NCBI GenBank assembly: GCA_965204755.1
Contig: OZ242011.1
Coordinates: 352,001 to 416,000, forward strand
Direction: 5' to 3'
Origin: Candidatus Marinacidobacterium sp.
Lineage (GTDB): Bacteria > Acidobacteriota > Vicinamibacteria > Marinacidobacterales > Marinacidobacteraceae
Length of the DNA stretch: 64,000 nt
This document shows positions 40,170-50,299 of this stretch, one piece after another; the first letter of the stretch is position 1; each line of letters begins with the position of its first letter. The notes under the pieces were generated by a model. The model worked only from the letters and a program-made list of their open reading frames with translations. It had not been told where the DNA came from and did no database searches. The translations under genes were made by a program, and so were the position numbers.

Positions 40170-42311
40170 TCAGTCCGGCGGCGGGGTCGTCGGTTCCCGG
40201 CCCCCGGCGCCGGCGTCGTGGGCGCGGAACCAGGCCAGGATGCGCTCGGAGACATCCATCAGGAACTTGGGTTCGCGCGGGCCGTGGGGGGTGCGCGGAT
40301 AGACGACCATCTCGGTGGGAACGCCCCGGCGGTCGAGCGCCCGGTAGAACTCCTGCCCCTGGGTGAAGGGCACGCGCAGGTCCTCCGCGCCGTGGATCAC
40401 CTGCGTCGGGGTGCTCACTTCCGCGATCCGGTAGATGGCCGAGTGGCCCTCGTACATCTCGTAGTCCTCCCAGTAGTCCCCGCCCATGTGCGCCGCCAGG
40501 TAGTCCTGGATGTCCGTGGTGGTGACCATGCTGATGAGGTTGGGAAGCCCGGCGCCCATGCTGGCGGCGCGGAACCGGTCGGTGCGGGTCACCGCGAAGG
40601 AGGTGATGTAGCCGCCGTAACTCCAGCCCATCAGGAACAGGCGGTCCGGATCGGCGACCCCCTCCTCGACCAGCAGGTCCACCCCGGCCAGCAGGTCGTC
40701 GAGGTCGGAGAACCCCCACTCCATGACATTCGCGTAGCGGAACTCCTTGCCGTAGCCGGTCGAGCCCCGGGGGTTCGGGCGCAGCACGGCGAACCCCTCC
40801 CGGGCGAAGTACTGCAGCATGTAGATCGAAGGACCGCCGGTGAAGGTCTCCGAGTACACCCCGGCGGGGCCGCCGTGGACATTCAGGATCAGCGGCGCCG
40901 GAGTCCCCGGCCGGTGGTCCGCGGGAAGCGTCAGCAGCCCCTCGATCTCCATGCCGTCGGGGGCGCTCCAGGTCCGGAGGGAGGTCGGCCCCATCGCCGG
41001 CCGGGGGACGCCGGAGTGGAGGTTGGTCAGCCGCCGCATCTCGAAGGACGGGGCCGGCCCCCCGCCGGGCGCCAGGTCGGCGGCGAAGACCTCCCAGGGC
41101 GTGTCCGGCGTCTCGTGGACGAACGCCAGCACATCGGCTTCCCGCGCGACCGCAGCGGAGCGGAAGACCCCGCCGCCCGGAGTGAGGGCGACCGGCGCGC
41201 CCCCGTCCGCCGGCAGCGCGAACACCCGCCGCGAAGTGCGGTGCGCTTCGGCGACATACACGAACGACCCGTCCCGGGCCCACCCGAGGATCCCCGGGCT
41301 GCGGTCGGGCGTCTCCGCCAGGCGGGTCCGTTCGCCGCCCATCACCGGCATCCGGTACACATCGCCGAGCCCCACCGGCTCGACCCGGTCCCCGGTCGAG
41401 CGGAAGGCCACGGTGGCGCCGTCGGGCGAGACCACCGGGGAACTCTCCACGCCCCCGCCGCCGTGGAGCAGCCGGACCGCGCCGTCCGCGAGGTGGACCA
41501 CCGAAAGGTCGCCGGCCCGCCGGTTGGTGTTGATCCGGGGATCGGGCTGGTGGGCGAAGACGATCCGGTCGCTGCTCGACCAGTCGAACCCGGTCACCGA
41601 GAAGTCGCCCTGGGTCAGCCGCCGGTCCTCGCCCTCGGGATCCGGGGTGTCCGTTACGAGGGCGGCATACAGGTGGACATATCGGAAGTTCCGGTCCACG
41701 AGTTCCACATCCCGCTTCTCCTTCTTCCGCTTCTTCTCTTCCTCGGTTTCCGGGTCGGTCATCGTGTAGGCGACGCTCCGGCCGTCCGGCGAGAACCGGA
41801 ACGAGCGGACGCCGGCCTCGGCGCGGGTCAGCGGGCGGGCCTCGCCGCCGGCCAGCGGGAGCAGCCAGACCTGCTGCTCGCCGTCCCCCCGCGAGGAGAG
41901 GAAGCCGAGGTAGGCGCCGTCGGGAGAGAACGCCGGCGCCGAAGCGGACTCGGTGTCCCGGGTGTAGGTGACGGTCTCGCCCCCGGCGGTGGGGACGACC
42001 CGGATGCGGCTCCGGTACTCGGACTGCTCGCCCTCCATGAGCGGCTCGGTCACCACGAACGCGGCGAGCGAACCGTCGGGGGAAACGGCGGTCCCGGAGA
42101 CCCGGTGGTAGCGCATGGAAAGCGCCGGGGTCCAGCGGTCGGGCTCCTCCGCTTCCGGGCTGCCGGCCGCGGGCGCGCCCGCGCCGAGGACGGCAGGGAC
42201 GGCAAGGACGGCAGGGACGGCAAGGACGGCAGGGACGGCGAACGCGCCGAGCCGGCGGTTCCTGCCCGCGCGCGGCGCGGGGGTCCGGGTTCCCCTCGAG
42301 GTGTCGCTCAT
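40170..42311 (-). CDS. Secreted S9 family peptidase
   Basis: Signal peptide, PD40 propeller, [21 protein letters not shown]. Confidence 0.92.
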   Translation of the reverse strand: MSDTSRGTRTPAPRAGRNRRLGAFAVPAVLAVPAVLAVPAVLGAGAPAAGSPEAEEPDRWTPALSMRYHRVSGTAVSPDGSLAAFVVTEPLMEGEQSEYRSRIRVVPTAGGETVTYTRDTESASAPAFSPDGAYLGFLSSRGDGEQQVWLLPLAGGEARPLTRAEAGVRSFRFSPDGRSVAYTMTDPETEEEKKRKKEKRDVELVDRNFRYVHLYAALVTDTPDPEGEDRRLTQGDFSVTGFDWSSSDRIVFAHQPDPRINTNRRAGDLSVVHLADGAVRLLHGGGGVESSPVVSPDGATVAFRSTGDRVEPVGLGDVYRMPVMGGERTRLAETPDRSPGILGWARDGSFVYVAEAHRTSRRVFALPADGGAPVALTPGGGVFRSAAVAREADVLAFVHETPDTPWEVFAADLAPGGGPAPSFEMRRLTNLHSGVPRPAMGPTSLRTWSAPDGMEIEGLLTLPADHRPGTPAPLILNVHGGPAGVYSETFTGGPSIYMLQYFAREGFAVLRPNPRGSTGYGKEFRYANVMEWGFSDLDDLLAGVDLLVEEGVADPDRLFLMGWSYGGYITSFAVTRTDRFRAASMGAGLPNLISMVTTTDIQDYLAAHMGGDYWEDYEMYEGHSAIYRIAEVSTPTQVIHGAEDLRVPFTQGQEFYRALDRRGVPTEMVVYPRTPHGPREPKFLMDVSERILAWFRAHDAGAGGREPTTPPPD

Positions 42312-42509
42312 GGTGCTCTCCCTCCTCCTTCTTCGTCGTGTTCGAGGCGGGCGATGGTCGGACGCGCCCCGGGATTCCGCCGCACCCGGCGGGCGGGCGC
42401 CCGCGCGGGGGTCGGCGGCCGCCGCATCCTACCGGAGCGCGCCCCGGCCTTCCCGACGGGCGGCGACGCCGCGGGAACCGCGGGGCGCTCCATCTCGTAG
42501 GCTTCCCGC

Positions 42510-43739
42510 GTGGACCTCGCAGCGCCGGAACTCACGGCGCCGGAAGCGGCCCGGCCCCCGGCGCGAAGCGGCAAGCCCGCCGCCCGGACCGGGCTCGACC
42601 GGCTGCCGGAAACCGGCGAACTGCTGAGCGGGCTGCGGGTCGGCCTCATCGCCAACCCGTCGTCGGTGGACGCCTCGTTCCGGCACGCCCGGGAAGTGGT
42701 CGCCGGACTCCCCGGCGCGCGGCTCGCGGCGCTGTTCGCCCCGGAGCACGGTTTCGACGCGGTGGAGCAGGACCTGGTCGAGATCGAGGACGCCGGGGCC
42801 GCGCTGCCGATCCGCAGCCTCTACGGCCCGACCCGGAAACCCACCGCGGCGATGCTGGAGGGGCTCGACGCCCTGGTCTTCGACATCCAGGACATCGGGT
42901 CGCGCTACTACACCTACATCTGGACGATGGCCCACGCGCTCGAAGCCTGCGCCGAACACGGCCGGCGCCTCGTCGTGCTCGACCGCCCCAATCCCATCGG
43001 CGGCGCCGTGGAAGGCAACTCGATCGAGGACGACCACCGCTCCTTCGTCGGGCTCTACCCCCTGCCCAACCGCCACGGCCTGACCGCCGGGGAGATCGCC
43101 GGCCACCTGAACCGGGAACACGGGATCGGCGCGGACCTGGTGGTGGTCGGCGTGAGCGGCTGGCGCCGGAGCGAGTGGCTGGACGACGCCGGACTGCCGT
43201 TCGTCCCCCCCTCCCCGAACATGCCCACCCTGGACACCGCGGCGGTCTATCCCGGCGCATGCCTGCTCGAAGGGACGATCCTCTCGGAGGGCCGGGGAAC
43301 GACCCGTCCGTTCGAGACCTGCGGCGCCCCCTGGGTCTCCGGGGAGCGGCTCGCGGCGGCGCTCGCCGAAGAGGGGCTGCCCGGCGTGGCCTTCCGCCCG
43401 GCGCGGTTCCGTCCGACCTTCCAGAAGTTCGCCGGCGTCGAGTGCGGCGGCGTGATGCAGCACCTCACCGACCGCGCCGAGTACCGCCCCTGGCGCGCGG
43501 GGATCGCGCTCCTCTCCGCCTTCCGCCGGCTGTGGCCGGCCGAGTTCGCCTGGCGGCAGCCGCCCTACGAGTACGAGACGGAGCGGCTCCCCATCGACAT
43601 CCTGGCCGGGAGCCCGCGGCTGCGGGAGGGGATCGAAGCCGGTGTTCCCGCCGCGGAACTCGCCGACGCCCTCGAGGCCGAACGCGCGGCCAACCACCGG
43701 GACGAAGCCGCCCGCCGCCGCGCCCGCCTCTACGACTGA
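42510..43739 (+). CDS. namZ: Exo-beta-N-acetylmuramidase (DUF1343)
   Basis: [46 protein letters not shown]. Confidence 0.9.
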   Translation: MDLAAPELTAPEAARPPARSGKPAARTGLDRLPETGELLSGLRVGLIANPSSVDASFRHAREVVAGLPGARLAALFAPEHGFDAVEQDLVEIEDAGAALPIRSLYGPTRKPTAAMLEGLDALVFDIQDIGSRYYTYIWTMAHALEACAEHGRRLVVLDRPNPIGGAVEGNSIEDDHRSFVGLYPLPNRHGLTAGEIAGHLNREHGIGADLVVVGVSGWRRSEWLDDAGLPFVPPSPNMPTLDTAAVYPGACLLEGTILSEGRGTTRPFETCGAPWVSGERLAAALAEEGLPGVAFRPARFRPTFQKFAGVECGGVMQHLTDRAEYRPWRAGIALLSAFRRLWPAEFAWRQPPYEYETERLPIDILAGSPRLREGIEAGVPAAELADALEAERAANHRDEAARRRARLYD

Positions 43740-43794
43740 GCCGGGACCGGCCGGCGACCCCTTCCCCCGGCGCGGGGACGCCCCGAACCCGGCG

Positions 43795-45024
43795 TCACCC
43801 TCCCCGCTGCGTGAGGAGATAGACCGCGAAACTGCCGAGCCAGTGGCTTCCGGTGTAGTTCTCCGGGTCCACCCCGGCGAGCCCGGCCTCCGCGTTTCGC
43901 ACCGCGAGAGCGGTCAACCCCGCCCGCCGGGGATCCTCCGCCGGAAGCGCCCCGGCGACCGCCCGCATCATCCAGGCGCGGCTCAGGTGGAGGCCGTGGA
44001 GGTGCCCGAAGGCGTCTTCGCGGTCCTCCGGCACGAACACCGGTTCGAGCGTGGGGCCCGGCCCCGCCGGCAGGAAGCCGTCGAACCACGCGGCGAACTC
44101 GACGGACGGGAGCGCCCGCCGCAGGAAGTCCGCCTCGGCGAGGCAGGGCGAGAGGAAGTCCTGCCCGGAAGGCTCGTAGGCGACCGGACAGTCCCGATCC
44201 CCGCCGAACCAGACCCGGGCGCGGGCCGCCAGCAGGTCCCGCATCTCCCGGGCCCCGACCGAGACCGCCCAGTCGTGGATCAGCCCGGCGGAGAACGCCG
44301 TCTGCTTGTGCTCCCCCACCCGCACCGGGTGCTCCAGTTTCTCGAAGAACTCGGTGATCCGCTCCGCCGCGTTCGCGACCAGCGGCGCGAGCGTCTCCCG
44401 CCAGCGCGCCGCCCGCTCCCGGTCGCCGGCGGCCGCCGACCCGTCCCCGGCCCACTCCGCCAGTTCGGCGTCGAGTTGCAGGAGCCAGGCGAGCCCGTAG
44501 GGACGCTCGAAGCCCCGCCGCCCCTCCACCGAGACATAGGCGATTTCTCCGGCCACCCGCTCCGGCGTGAAGTTCCGGTCGAGCGCCCCCCGCGCTTCGT
44601 CGGCGAACCCCGCCCCGGAGAACCGGCGGGTGAGCCGGGCCAGCAGCCAGTGCCCATGCACCGCGGAGTGCCAGTCGAAGCACCCGTAGAAGACCGGGGT
44701 GAGTTCGCGCGGCGGCGCGAGGTCTTCGTCCTGCTCCAGCCGCAGCGCGACCTTGTTCGGGTACTCCTTCACCACGCAGTCGAGCGCGAGCGCCGCGAAG
44801 GCCCCGGCCGCCGACTCCGTGAGCCGTTCCGGCCCGAAGTCGGCGAGCCTCTCCGCGGCCTCCGCCGTCTCGGCGGGCGCGGGCCGATCCACCGGTTCAC
44901 TCCCGCAGCCGGCGATCCCGCAGGACGCCGCGAAGAGGGCGGCAACGGGCCCGACCCGCCGAAGCGTCTTCCGGCGGGAGAGGTTCGGCTTCGGGTCGTG
45001 GTTCTCGCAAGGGGTCGCAGGCAT
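43795..45024 (-). CDS. DUF2891-family lipoprotein
   Basis: EYPNK, FYGCFDWHSAVHGHW, FERPYG.AW, EPSGQDFLSP, GSHWLGSFAVY. Confidence 0.85.
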   Translation of the reverse strand: MPATPCENHDPKPNLSRRKTLRRVGPVAALFAASCGIAGCGSEPVDRPAPAETAEAAERLADFGPERLTESAAGAFAALALDCVVKEYPNKVALRLEQDEDLAPPRELTPVFYGCFDWHSAVHGHWLLARLTRRFSGAGFADEARGALDRNFTPERVAGEIAYVSVEGRRGFERPYGLAWLLQLDAELAEWAGDGSAAAGDRERAARWRETLAPLVANAAERITEFFEKLEHPVRVGEHKQTAFSAGLIHDWAVSVGAREMRDLLAARARVWFGGDRDCPVAYEPSGQDFLSPCLAEADFLRRALPSVEFAAWFDGFLPAGPGPTLEPVFVPEDREDAFGHLHGLHLSRAWMMRAVAGALPAEDPRRAGLTALAVRNAEAGLAGVDPENYTGSHWLGSFAVYLLTQRGG

Positions 45025-45050
45025 GGCGCATTCTCCCTCCCGCCTCCGGC

Positions 45051-45779
45051 TCAGTCCGCGCCGCGGGCCGCCGCCGAAACCCGGCCCGCGGCGGCGTCGG
45101 CGCGGCGGGTCGGCTCCGGCAGCCGGTATCCGGCGCCGCAGCGGAGGACGGTCCGCTCCGCGGTCGGGAGGTCCATCAGGTGGCCGGCGCTCACGAAGAC
45201 CGGCCGGACGCCGTCCCGCGTCCGGAGCGCGGTCCCCACCCGCTCGCCCCGGTGGACGAGGGGCGAGCGCTCGCCCCGGCGCGGGCCGGGAGGTTCCGCG
45301 TCCCCCACCAGCCGGCTCTTCGCGCACCCGATCGAAGGCAGTCCGGCGAGCAGCCCGAGGTGACAGGCGAGGCCGAAGCGGAGCGGATGGGCCCTCCCCT
45401 GCCCGTCGCAGAGGATGCAATCCACCGGCGAATCGAGCGCGGCGAGGGCGGCCAGCGCCGCCGGCCCCTCCCGGAACGACAGCAGTCCGGGGACATAGGG
45501 GAAGGTCACCGGCAGCCGGACGATCCGCTCCTCCACCACCCGGCGTTCCGCGAGATCCCAGACCACCGCCGCCGCCGCGCACTCCCGCGCGTCGCCGCGC
45601 CCTCGCGTCCGGGTTCCGCCGGTCCGCGGAAACGCGGCGTCCACCCCCGCAACGAAACGCGGTTCGAAGCCCTCCGGCCGCGCCCCCACGACCTGCCCCG
45701 CCAACTCGCGCTGCAGCGCCCGCGCGGCCGGCGGGTCGGTCGGCCACGGTCCGGATCGCAGGTCGAGCGTGTCCGGCAC
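45051..45779 (-). CDS. nfi: Endonuclease V
   Basis: VAGVDAAF, FPYVPGLLSFRE, CDGQG.AHP.RFGLACH, GCAKS, YRLPEPTR.AD. Confidence 0.92.
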   Translation of the reverse strand: MPDTLDLRSGPWPTDPPAARALQRELAGQVVGARPEGFEPRFVAGVDAAFPRTGGTRTRGRGDARECAAAAVVWDLAERRVVEERIVRLPVTFPYVPGLLSFREGPAALAALAALDSPVDCILCDGQGRAHPLRFGLACHLGLLAGLPSIGCAKSRLVGDAEPPGPRRGERSPLVHRGERVGTALRTRDGVRPVFVSAGHLMDLPTAERTVLRCGAGYRLPEPTRRADAAAGRVSAAARGAD

Positions 45780-45818
45780 GGGGGGCGGTATCGTAGGAGC
45801 CGCCCCGCCGGGAACTCC

Positions 45819-46235
45819 GTGCCGACCGCCCCCGCCGCTTCGGACCGCCCGCCCTCCCGTCCCCCCGCGCGCGCCGGGAACGGGAAGTTCGCCGCGGTGC
45901 ACGACCTGGTTCGGCGCATCCCGAAGGGCCGGGTGGCGACCTACGGGTGGATCGCCCGCGAAGTCAGCGCCGGCGGGTCCCCCCTTTCCGCCCGCGCCGC
46001 CGGCTGGGCGCTCGGCGCGTCGCCTCCCGGCGTCCCGTGGCACCGGGTGGTGAACGCCGAGGGAGCGCTCTCGGCGGAACGGAGCGGCCGCTGCCCGGCC
46101 GGGCGGCAGCGCTCCCTGCTCGAAGGCGAGGGCGTCCGCTTCGACGAACGGGGCCGCGTCCCGCTCGCCCGCTACCTCTGGCCGCCCGCCGGAGGCGCGG
46201 GCGAACTCTCGGCGCCCCCGGAGGACTTCCGATGA
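45819..46235 (+). CDS. Alkyltransferase-like protein (ATL, MGMT family)
   Basis: VRRIPKGRVATYG and PWHRVV, with Trp in place of the acceptor Cys. Confidence 0.88.
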   Translation: MPTAPAASDRPPSRPPARAGNGKFAAVHDLVRRIPKGRVATYGWIAREVSAGGSPLSARAAGWALGASPPGVPWHRVVNAEGALSAERSGRCPAGRQRSLLEGEGVRFDERGRVPLARYLWPPAGGAGELSAPPEDFR

Positions 46236-48166
46236 ACGACCGAACCCCGACTCGGTGGCGCGGCGGCATCAGCCGCCGGGACTTCCTGTCCGGCATGCCG
46301 GTGGCCCTCACCGGAGCGGCGCTCGCCTGCCGCCAGGTGCCGGAGTTCCGCGCCGAGATCGAGCGCGAGGGCGCCGCCCCCTACCCGCCGCTCCGCACCG
46401 GGATGCGCGGCTCGCACCCCGGCTCGTTCGAGACGGCGCACGCCTTCGCCCACGAAGGCCGGCGGTGGGACGCGGAGGACACCGGCGAGCGGTACGACCT
46501 GGTCGTCGTCGGCGCCGGCATCTCCGGGCTCGCCGCCGCCCACTACTTCCGCAAGGAGGCGGGGCCGGAGGCCCGCGTCCTGCTGCTCGACAACCACGAC
46601 GACTTCGGCGGCCACGCCAAGCGCAACGAGTTCCGGCTGGGCGGGCGCGCGTTCCTGATGAACGGCGGCACGCTGAATGTGGAAGCGCCTTCGCAGTTCG
46701 GCGAAGTCGCCGGCGGGCTGCTCACCGAGTTGGGGATCGACGCCGCGGCGTATCTCGACAGTCTCGAAGGCGTGCGGAACACCTACCGCGACCTCGGCAT
46801 GGGGAGCGGCATGTTCTTCGACCGCGAGACCTTCGGCGAAGACCGGTTGGTCGCCGGACTGCGGGGCCGTCCGCTGGCGGAATTCCTCGCCGGGTCGCCG
46901 ATGCCGGCGAAGGCCCGCGAAGACCTCGCGCGGCTCCACGCGGAACCGCAGCCCGACTACCTCCCCGACCTCTCGCCGGCGGAGAAGAAGCGCTACCTCG
47001 CCTCGATCAGTTACGCCGACTTCCTGACCCGCCACGCGGAGTGCGACCCGGCGGCGCTGTGGTTCTTCGACCACCGGCCGCGCAGCATCTTCTGCACCGG
47101 CATCGACGCCTTCCCGGCGCGCTACGCCTGGGAGGAAGGCTGGCCGGGGTTCTCCGGGATGGAGATCCCGCCGACGCCGCGCGAAAACCTGGCCGACGAA
47201 CCCGGCGGCCAGCACGGACGCGAGAACCAGGCGCGCGCCGACGAAGGCCTTCCCGACCTCTACTTTCCCGACGGCAACGCCACCATCGCGCGGCTGCTCG
47301 CGCGGCGGCTGCTCCCCGGCGCCGTTCCCGGATCGAGTTTCGAGGATGTGGTCACCGCGCCGGTGGACTACACCGCGCTCGACCGCGAGGAATCCCCGGC
47401 GCGGATCCGGCTGTCCTCCACCGTGATCGGAGTGGCGCCGGAGGCCGGCGGCCCGGTGCGGGTCACCTATGTGAAGGACGGCCGGGGGCGGAGCGTCCGG
47501 GCGGAGCGGGTGGTCCTCGCCTGCTGGCACAACATGATCCCCTACCTGGTCCCCTCGCTCCCGAAAGCGCAGCGCGACGCCCTCGCCTGGCCGGTGAAGT
47601 CGCCGCTCCAATACACGAGCGTCCTGCTCCGCCAGTGGCGCCCCTTCGTCGAAGCGGGAACCTCCACGATCTACGCCCCGGCGAGTTACTGCACCACGGT
47701 GGCGCTCGCGCCCCCGCTCGTCCTCGGTGACTACCGCACTTCGACTTCCCCGGACGAACCGCTGGTCCTGCGCATGAACCGCTACCCCGGGGAAGCGGGG
47801 CTCTCCCGCCGCGAACAGCACCGGATCGGCCGGATGGAACTCCTCTCCACCACCTTCGAACAGGTGGAGGCCCGCCTGCGCGACCAGTTGACCCGGATGC
47901 TCGGCGGCCGCGGGTTCGACTTCGACCGCGATGTGGCGGCGATCACCGCGAACCGCTGGCCGCACGGCTACACCTACTCCTACAACCCGCTCTTCGACCC
48001 CCCGGAATGGGCCTTCGAGGCCGGCGACGACCGCCCGGTGGTCACGGCGCGCCAACCCTTCGGCCGCATCGCCATCGCCGGCGCGGACGCCGCGGCGAGC
48101 CCCCACACCGACGCCGCCATCCGCGAAGCGCACCGCGCCGTCCACGAAGTCCTCGCCGCCGACTGA
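46232..48166 (+). CDS. Tat-exported FAD oxidoreductase, spermidine-dehydrogenase-like
   Basis: SRRDFL, YPPLRTGMRGSHPGSFE, VGAGISG, DDFGGHAKRNE, FPDGNA, NRWPHGY. Confidence 0.85.
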   Translation: MNDRTPTRWRGGISRRDFLSGMPVALTGAALACRQVPEFRAEIEREGAAPYPPLRTGMRGSHPGSFETAHAFAHEGRRWDAEDTGERYDLVVVGAGISGLAAAHYFRKEAGPEARVLLLDNHDDFGGHAKRNEFRLGGRAFLMNGGTLNVEAPSQFGEVAGGLLTELGIDAAAYLDSLEGVRNTYRDLGMGSGMFFDRETFGEDRLVAGLRGRPLAEFLAGSPMPAKAREDLARLHAEPQPDYLPDLSPAEKKRYLASISYADFLTRHAECDPAALWFFDHRPRSIFCTGIDAFPARYAWEEGWPGFSGMEIPPTPRENLADEPGGQHGRENQARADEGLPDLYFPDGNATIARLLARRLLPGAVPGSSFEDVVTAPVDYTALDREESPARIRLSSTVIGVAPEAGGPVRVTYVKDGRGRSVRAERVVLACWHNMIPYLVPSLPKAQRDALAWPVKSPLQYTSVLLRQWRPFVEAGTSTIYAPASYCTTVALAPPLVLGDYRTSTSPDEPLVLRMNRYPGEAGLSRREQHRIGRMELLSTTFEQVEARLRDQLTRMLGGRGFDFDRDVAAITANRWPHGYTYSYNPLFDPPEWAFEAGDDRPVVTARQPFGRIAIAGADAAASPHTDAAIREAHRAVHEVLAAD

Positions 48167-48256
48167 CCCGGACTTCGTCCGGCCCTCTCCGTTCCCGCCC
48201 GCCCGCCCCCGAAGGGATGACCGTTTTCGTCTCGCTGCCCGGCTACGGTTCGTCCC

Positions 48257-49939
48257 GTGCCTGAAAGCGCGGCGGCCCCGAACTCGCCGAAGGCCCGCGG
48301 GGCCTACTACTCGCCGAGGCGGGTCGCCGCCGCCCTGGTCCGCTGGGCCGTCCGCCGCCCGGACGACCGCCTGCTCGACCCGGCGTGCGGCGACGGCCGG
48401 TTCCTGGCGATGCATTCCCCGAGCGCCGGCGTGGACTGCAGCGATTCGGCGGTCCGGGCGGCGAGGGCGGCCGCGCCGGGCAGCGTCGTCCACGCCGCCG
48501 ACTTCTTCGAATGGGCGGCCTCCGCCCGCGAGAGATTCGACTGCGCGGCCGGGAACCCGCCGTTCATCCGCTACCAACGGTTTCGCGGCGCCGTAAGGGC
48601 GCGCGCCCGCCGACTTTCCGCCGCCCAAGGCGCCCCCCTTTCCGGGCTCGCGTCCTCCTGGGCCCCGTATCTCGTCGTAACGGCGTCGCTCCTCCGCCCC
48701 GGCGGTCGCATGGCGTTCCTCGTTCCGGCCGAAATCGGGCACGCCCCCTACGCCGCCCCCCTCCTGTCGTGGCTGGCGAGCCGGTTCGATTCCGTGCGCG
48801 TGGTCGCGGTTCGCCACAAGATCTTCCCGAAGTTGTCCGAGGATGTCTGGGGGCTCTACGCCGAGGGTTTCGGCGGCGCGACGGACGCCCTGACCTTTGC
48901 CGCGACGGAGACTTTCGAGCCGCCGGACGCCGAACCGTCCGGCATGCGCGTTTCGCTCGAAGAGTGGAAGAGTTGGAACTGCCGCCTCCGTCCGCTGCTC
49001 CTTCCCGCGCGGGTAACGGCCGAGTACCGCCGCCTGCTCGCGCAGTCGGGGACGGCGCGGCTCGGCGACCTGGCCTCCGTCGGGATCGGGTATGTCTCCG
49101 GGGACAACGACTTCTTCCACTTGAGCCCCTCGCGGGCGGCCTCGCTCGCCATCCCGGAAGCGGACCTGGCGCCGACGGTGCGTCGAACCCGCGACCTGCA
49201 GGACGGGGCGGTCACCTCCGGGACCGTCGAACGATGGAGAGTCGAAGACCGCCCCAACTTCCTGCTCCGCCTCCGCGCCCGCCGACCGCTCGCGGCCGGA
49301 GTCCGAAGGTACCTGGAGTCCGAAGAGGGACAGCGGGCGCGCGGGCGCTACAAGTGCCGAGTACGGGAGCCGTGGTACTCGGTGCCCAATGTGACCGCGC
49401 CGGACTTCTTCCTCGCCTACCTGAGCAGCGGCCAGCCCGCCCTGGCGCGGAACCGCACCGACTGCGCCTGCGCCAACGCCATCCACGCGGTACACCTCCG
49501 CAACGGCCGGTCGCCCGCCGCGCTGCTGCGGCAATGGGATTCGCCGCTGACCGCCCTCAGTTGCGAGATCGAAGGGCATCCCCTCGGCGGCGGCGCCCTC
49601 AAACTCGAACCCCGCGAAGCGCGGCGCGTCGCCGTGGACAACGGGCGGCTCGGCGCGGAGACGAAGACGCTGCTCCGGGAAGGCGCAGAGGTCCTGCGCC
49701 GCTGGCGAAATGGCGATCGCGCCGTTGCGCCCGCCGAGTCCGATGACGATTCGACCGGCCCCCGACAGCCCGTTGCGGCTCGATACCCTCTTCGACCGAC
49801 TGCATCGAGAGTGCGACCGGCGGTATGGCTTCGCCGCGCCTCGCCCGGCCACGCGGACCGAGCGTCTCGTCTGGCGGGCGGACTCGCCGGCGCTCCTCGA
49901 ACCGGTGGCGGAACACTGCGCACCCGGAAACGATGGTGA
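48257..49939 (+). CDS. N6-adenine (amino) DNA methyltransferase, gamma-type motif order
   Basis: GAYYSP, motif I LLDPACGDGRF, motif IV GNPPF. C-terminal REPWYSV and GGGALKLEPRE. Confidence 0.9.
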   Translation: MPESAAAPNSPKARGAYYSPRRVAAALVRWAVRRPDDRLLDPACGDGRFLAMHSPSAGVDCSDSAVRAARAAAPGSVVHAADFFEWAASARERFDCAAGNPPFIRYQRFRGAVRARARRLSAAQGAPLSGLASSWAPYLVVTASLLRPGGRMAFLVPAEIGHAPYAAPLLSWLASRFDSVRVVAVRHKIFPKLSEDVWGLYAEGFGGATDALTFAATETFEPPDAEPSGMRVSLEEWKSWNCRLRPLLLPARVTAEYRRLLAQSGTARLGDLASVGIGYVSGDNDFFHLSPSRAASLAIPEADLAPTVRRTRDLQDGAVTSGTVERWRVEDRPNFLLRLRARRPLAAGVRRYLESEEGQRARGRYKCRVREPWYSVPNVTAPDFFLAYLSSGQPALARNRTDCACANAIHAVHLRNGRSPAALLRQWDSPLTALSCEIEGHPLGGGALKLEPREARRVAVDNGRLGAETKTLLREGAEVLRRWRNGDRAVAPAESDDDSTGPRQPVAARYPLRPTASRVRPAVWLRRASPGHADRASRLAGGLAGAPRTGGGTLRTRKRW

Positions 49940-49946
49940 CCAGTGA
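49710..49946 (+). pseudogene. Possible 78-aa ORF or gene remnant overlapping the MTase 3' end
   Basis: The ATG lies where the MTase-like sequence ends, and the TGA overlaps the next GTG (GTGA). No recognisable motif. Confidence 0.25.
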
Positions 49947-50299
49947 CTTCTCCCCGAGCCGCCGACTACGGCGAGTACGCGCCGCTCCATCGGTGGTTCG
50001 CCGCTTGGCCGGAGCGCCGCTGCCGGTTGTCCTTCACGCAGATCGAGCAGATCCTCGGGTTCGGACTGCCGCGCGCCGCGCGGGTCTCTCCGGAGTGGTG
50101 GTCGAGCGGCGACAGCCGCAACCATGCGCGCGCCTGGGAGGCCGCGGGGTTCAACGCGCGGCTGCTTCCCGAGGAAGAGGCCGCGCTCTTCCTCCGGCGC
50201 GTCGATCTCGACCGCGAATGGCCGATCCTGTCGGAGAATCCCTGGCCGCCGGGGTTCACCGCCTCGCGTTGTCAACTCTACGACGATGACGGTCGCTGA
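49943..50299 (+). CDS. Small protein, DUF7662-like domain (from recall)
   Basis: YAPL..W......LSF.QIEQILGFGLP..A....WW......HARAW..AGF pattern. Confidence 0.65.
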   Translation: MTSPRAADYGEYAPLHRWFAAWPERRCRLSFTQIEQILGFGLPRAARVSPEWWSSGDSRNHARAWEAAGFNARLLPEEEAALFLRRVDLDREWPILSENPWPPGFTASRCQLYDDDGR

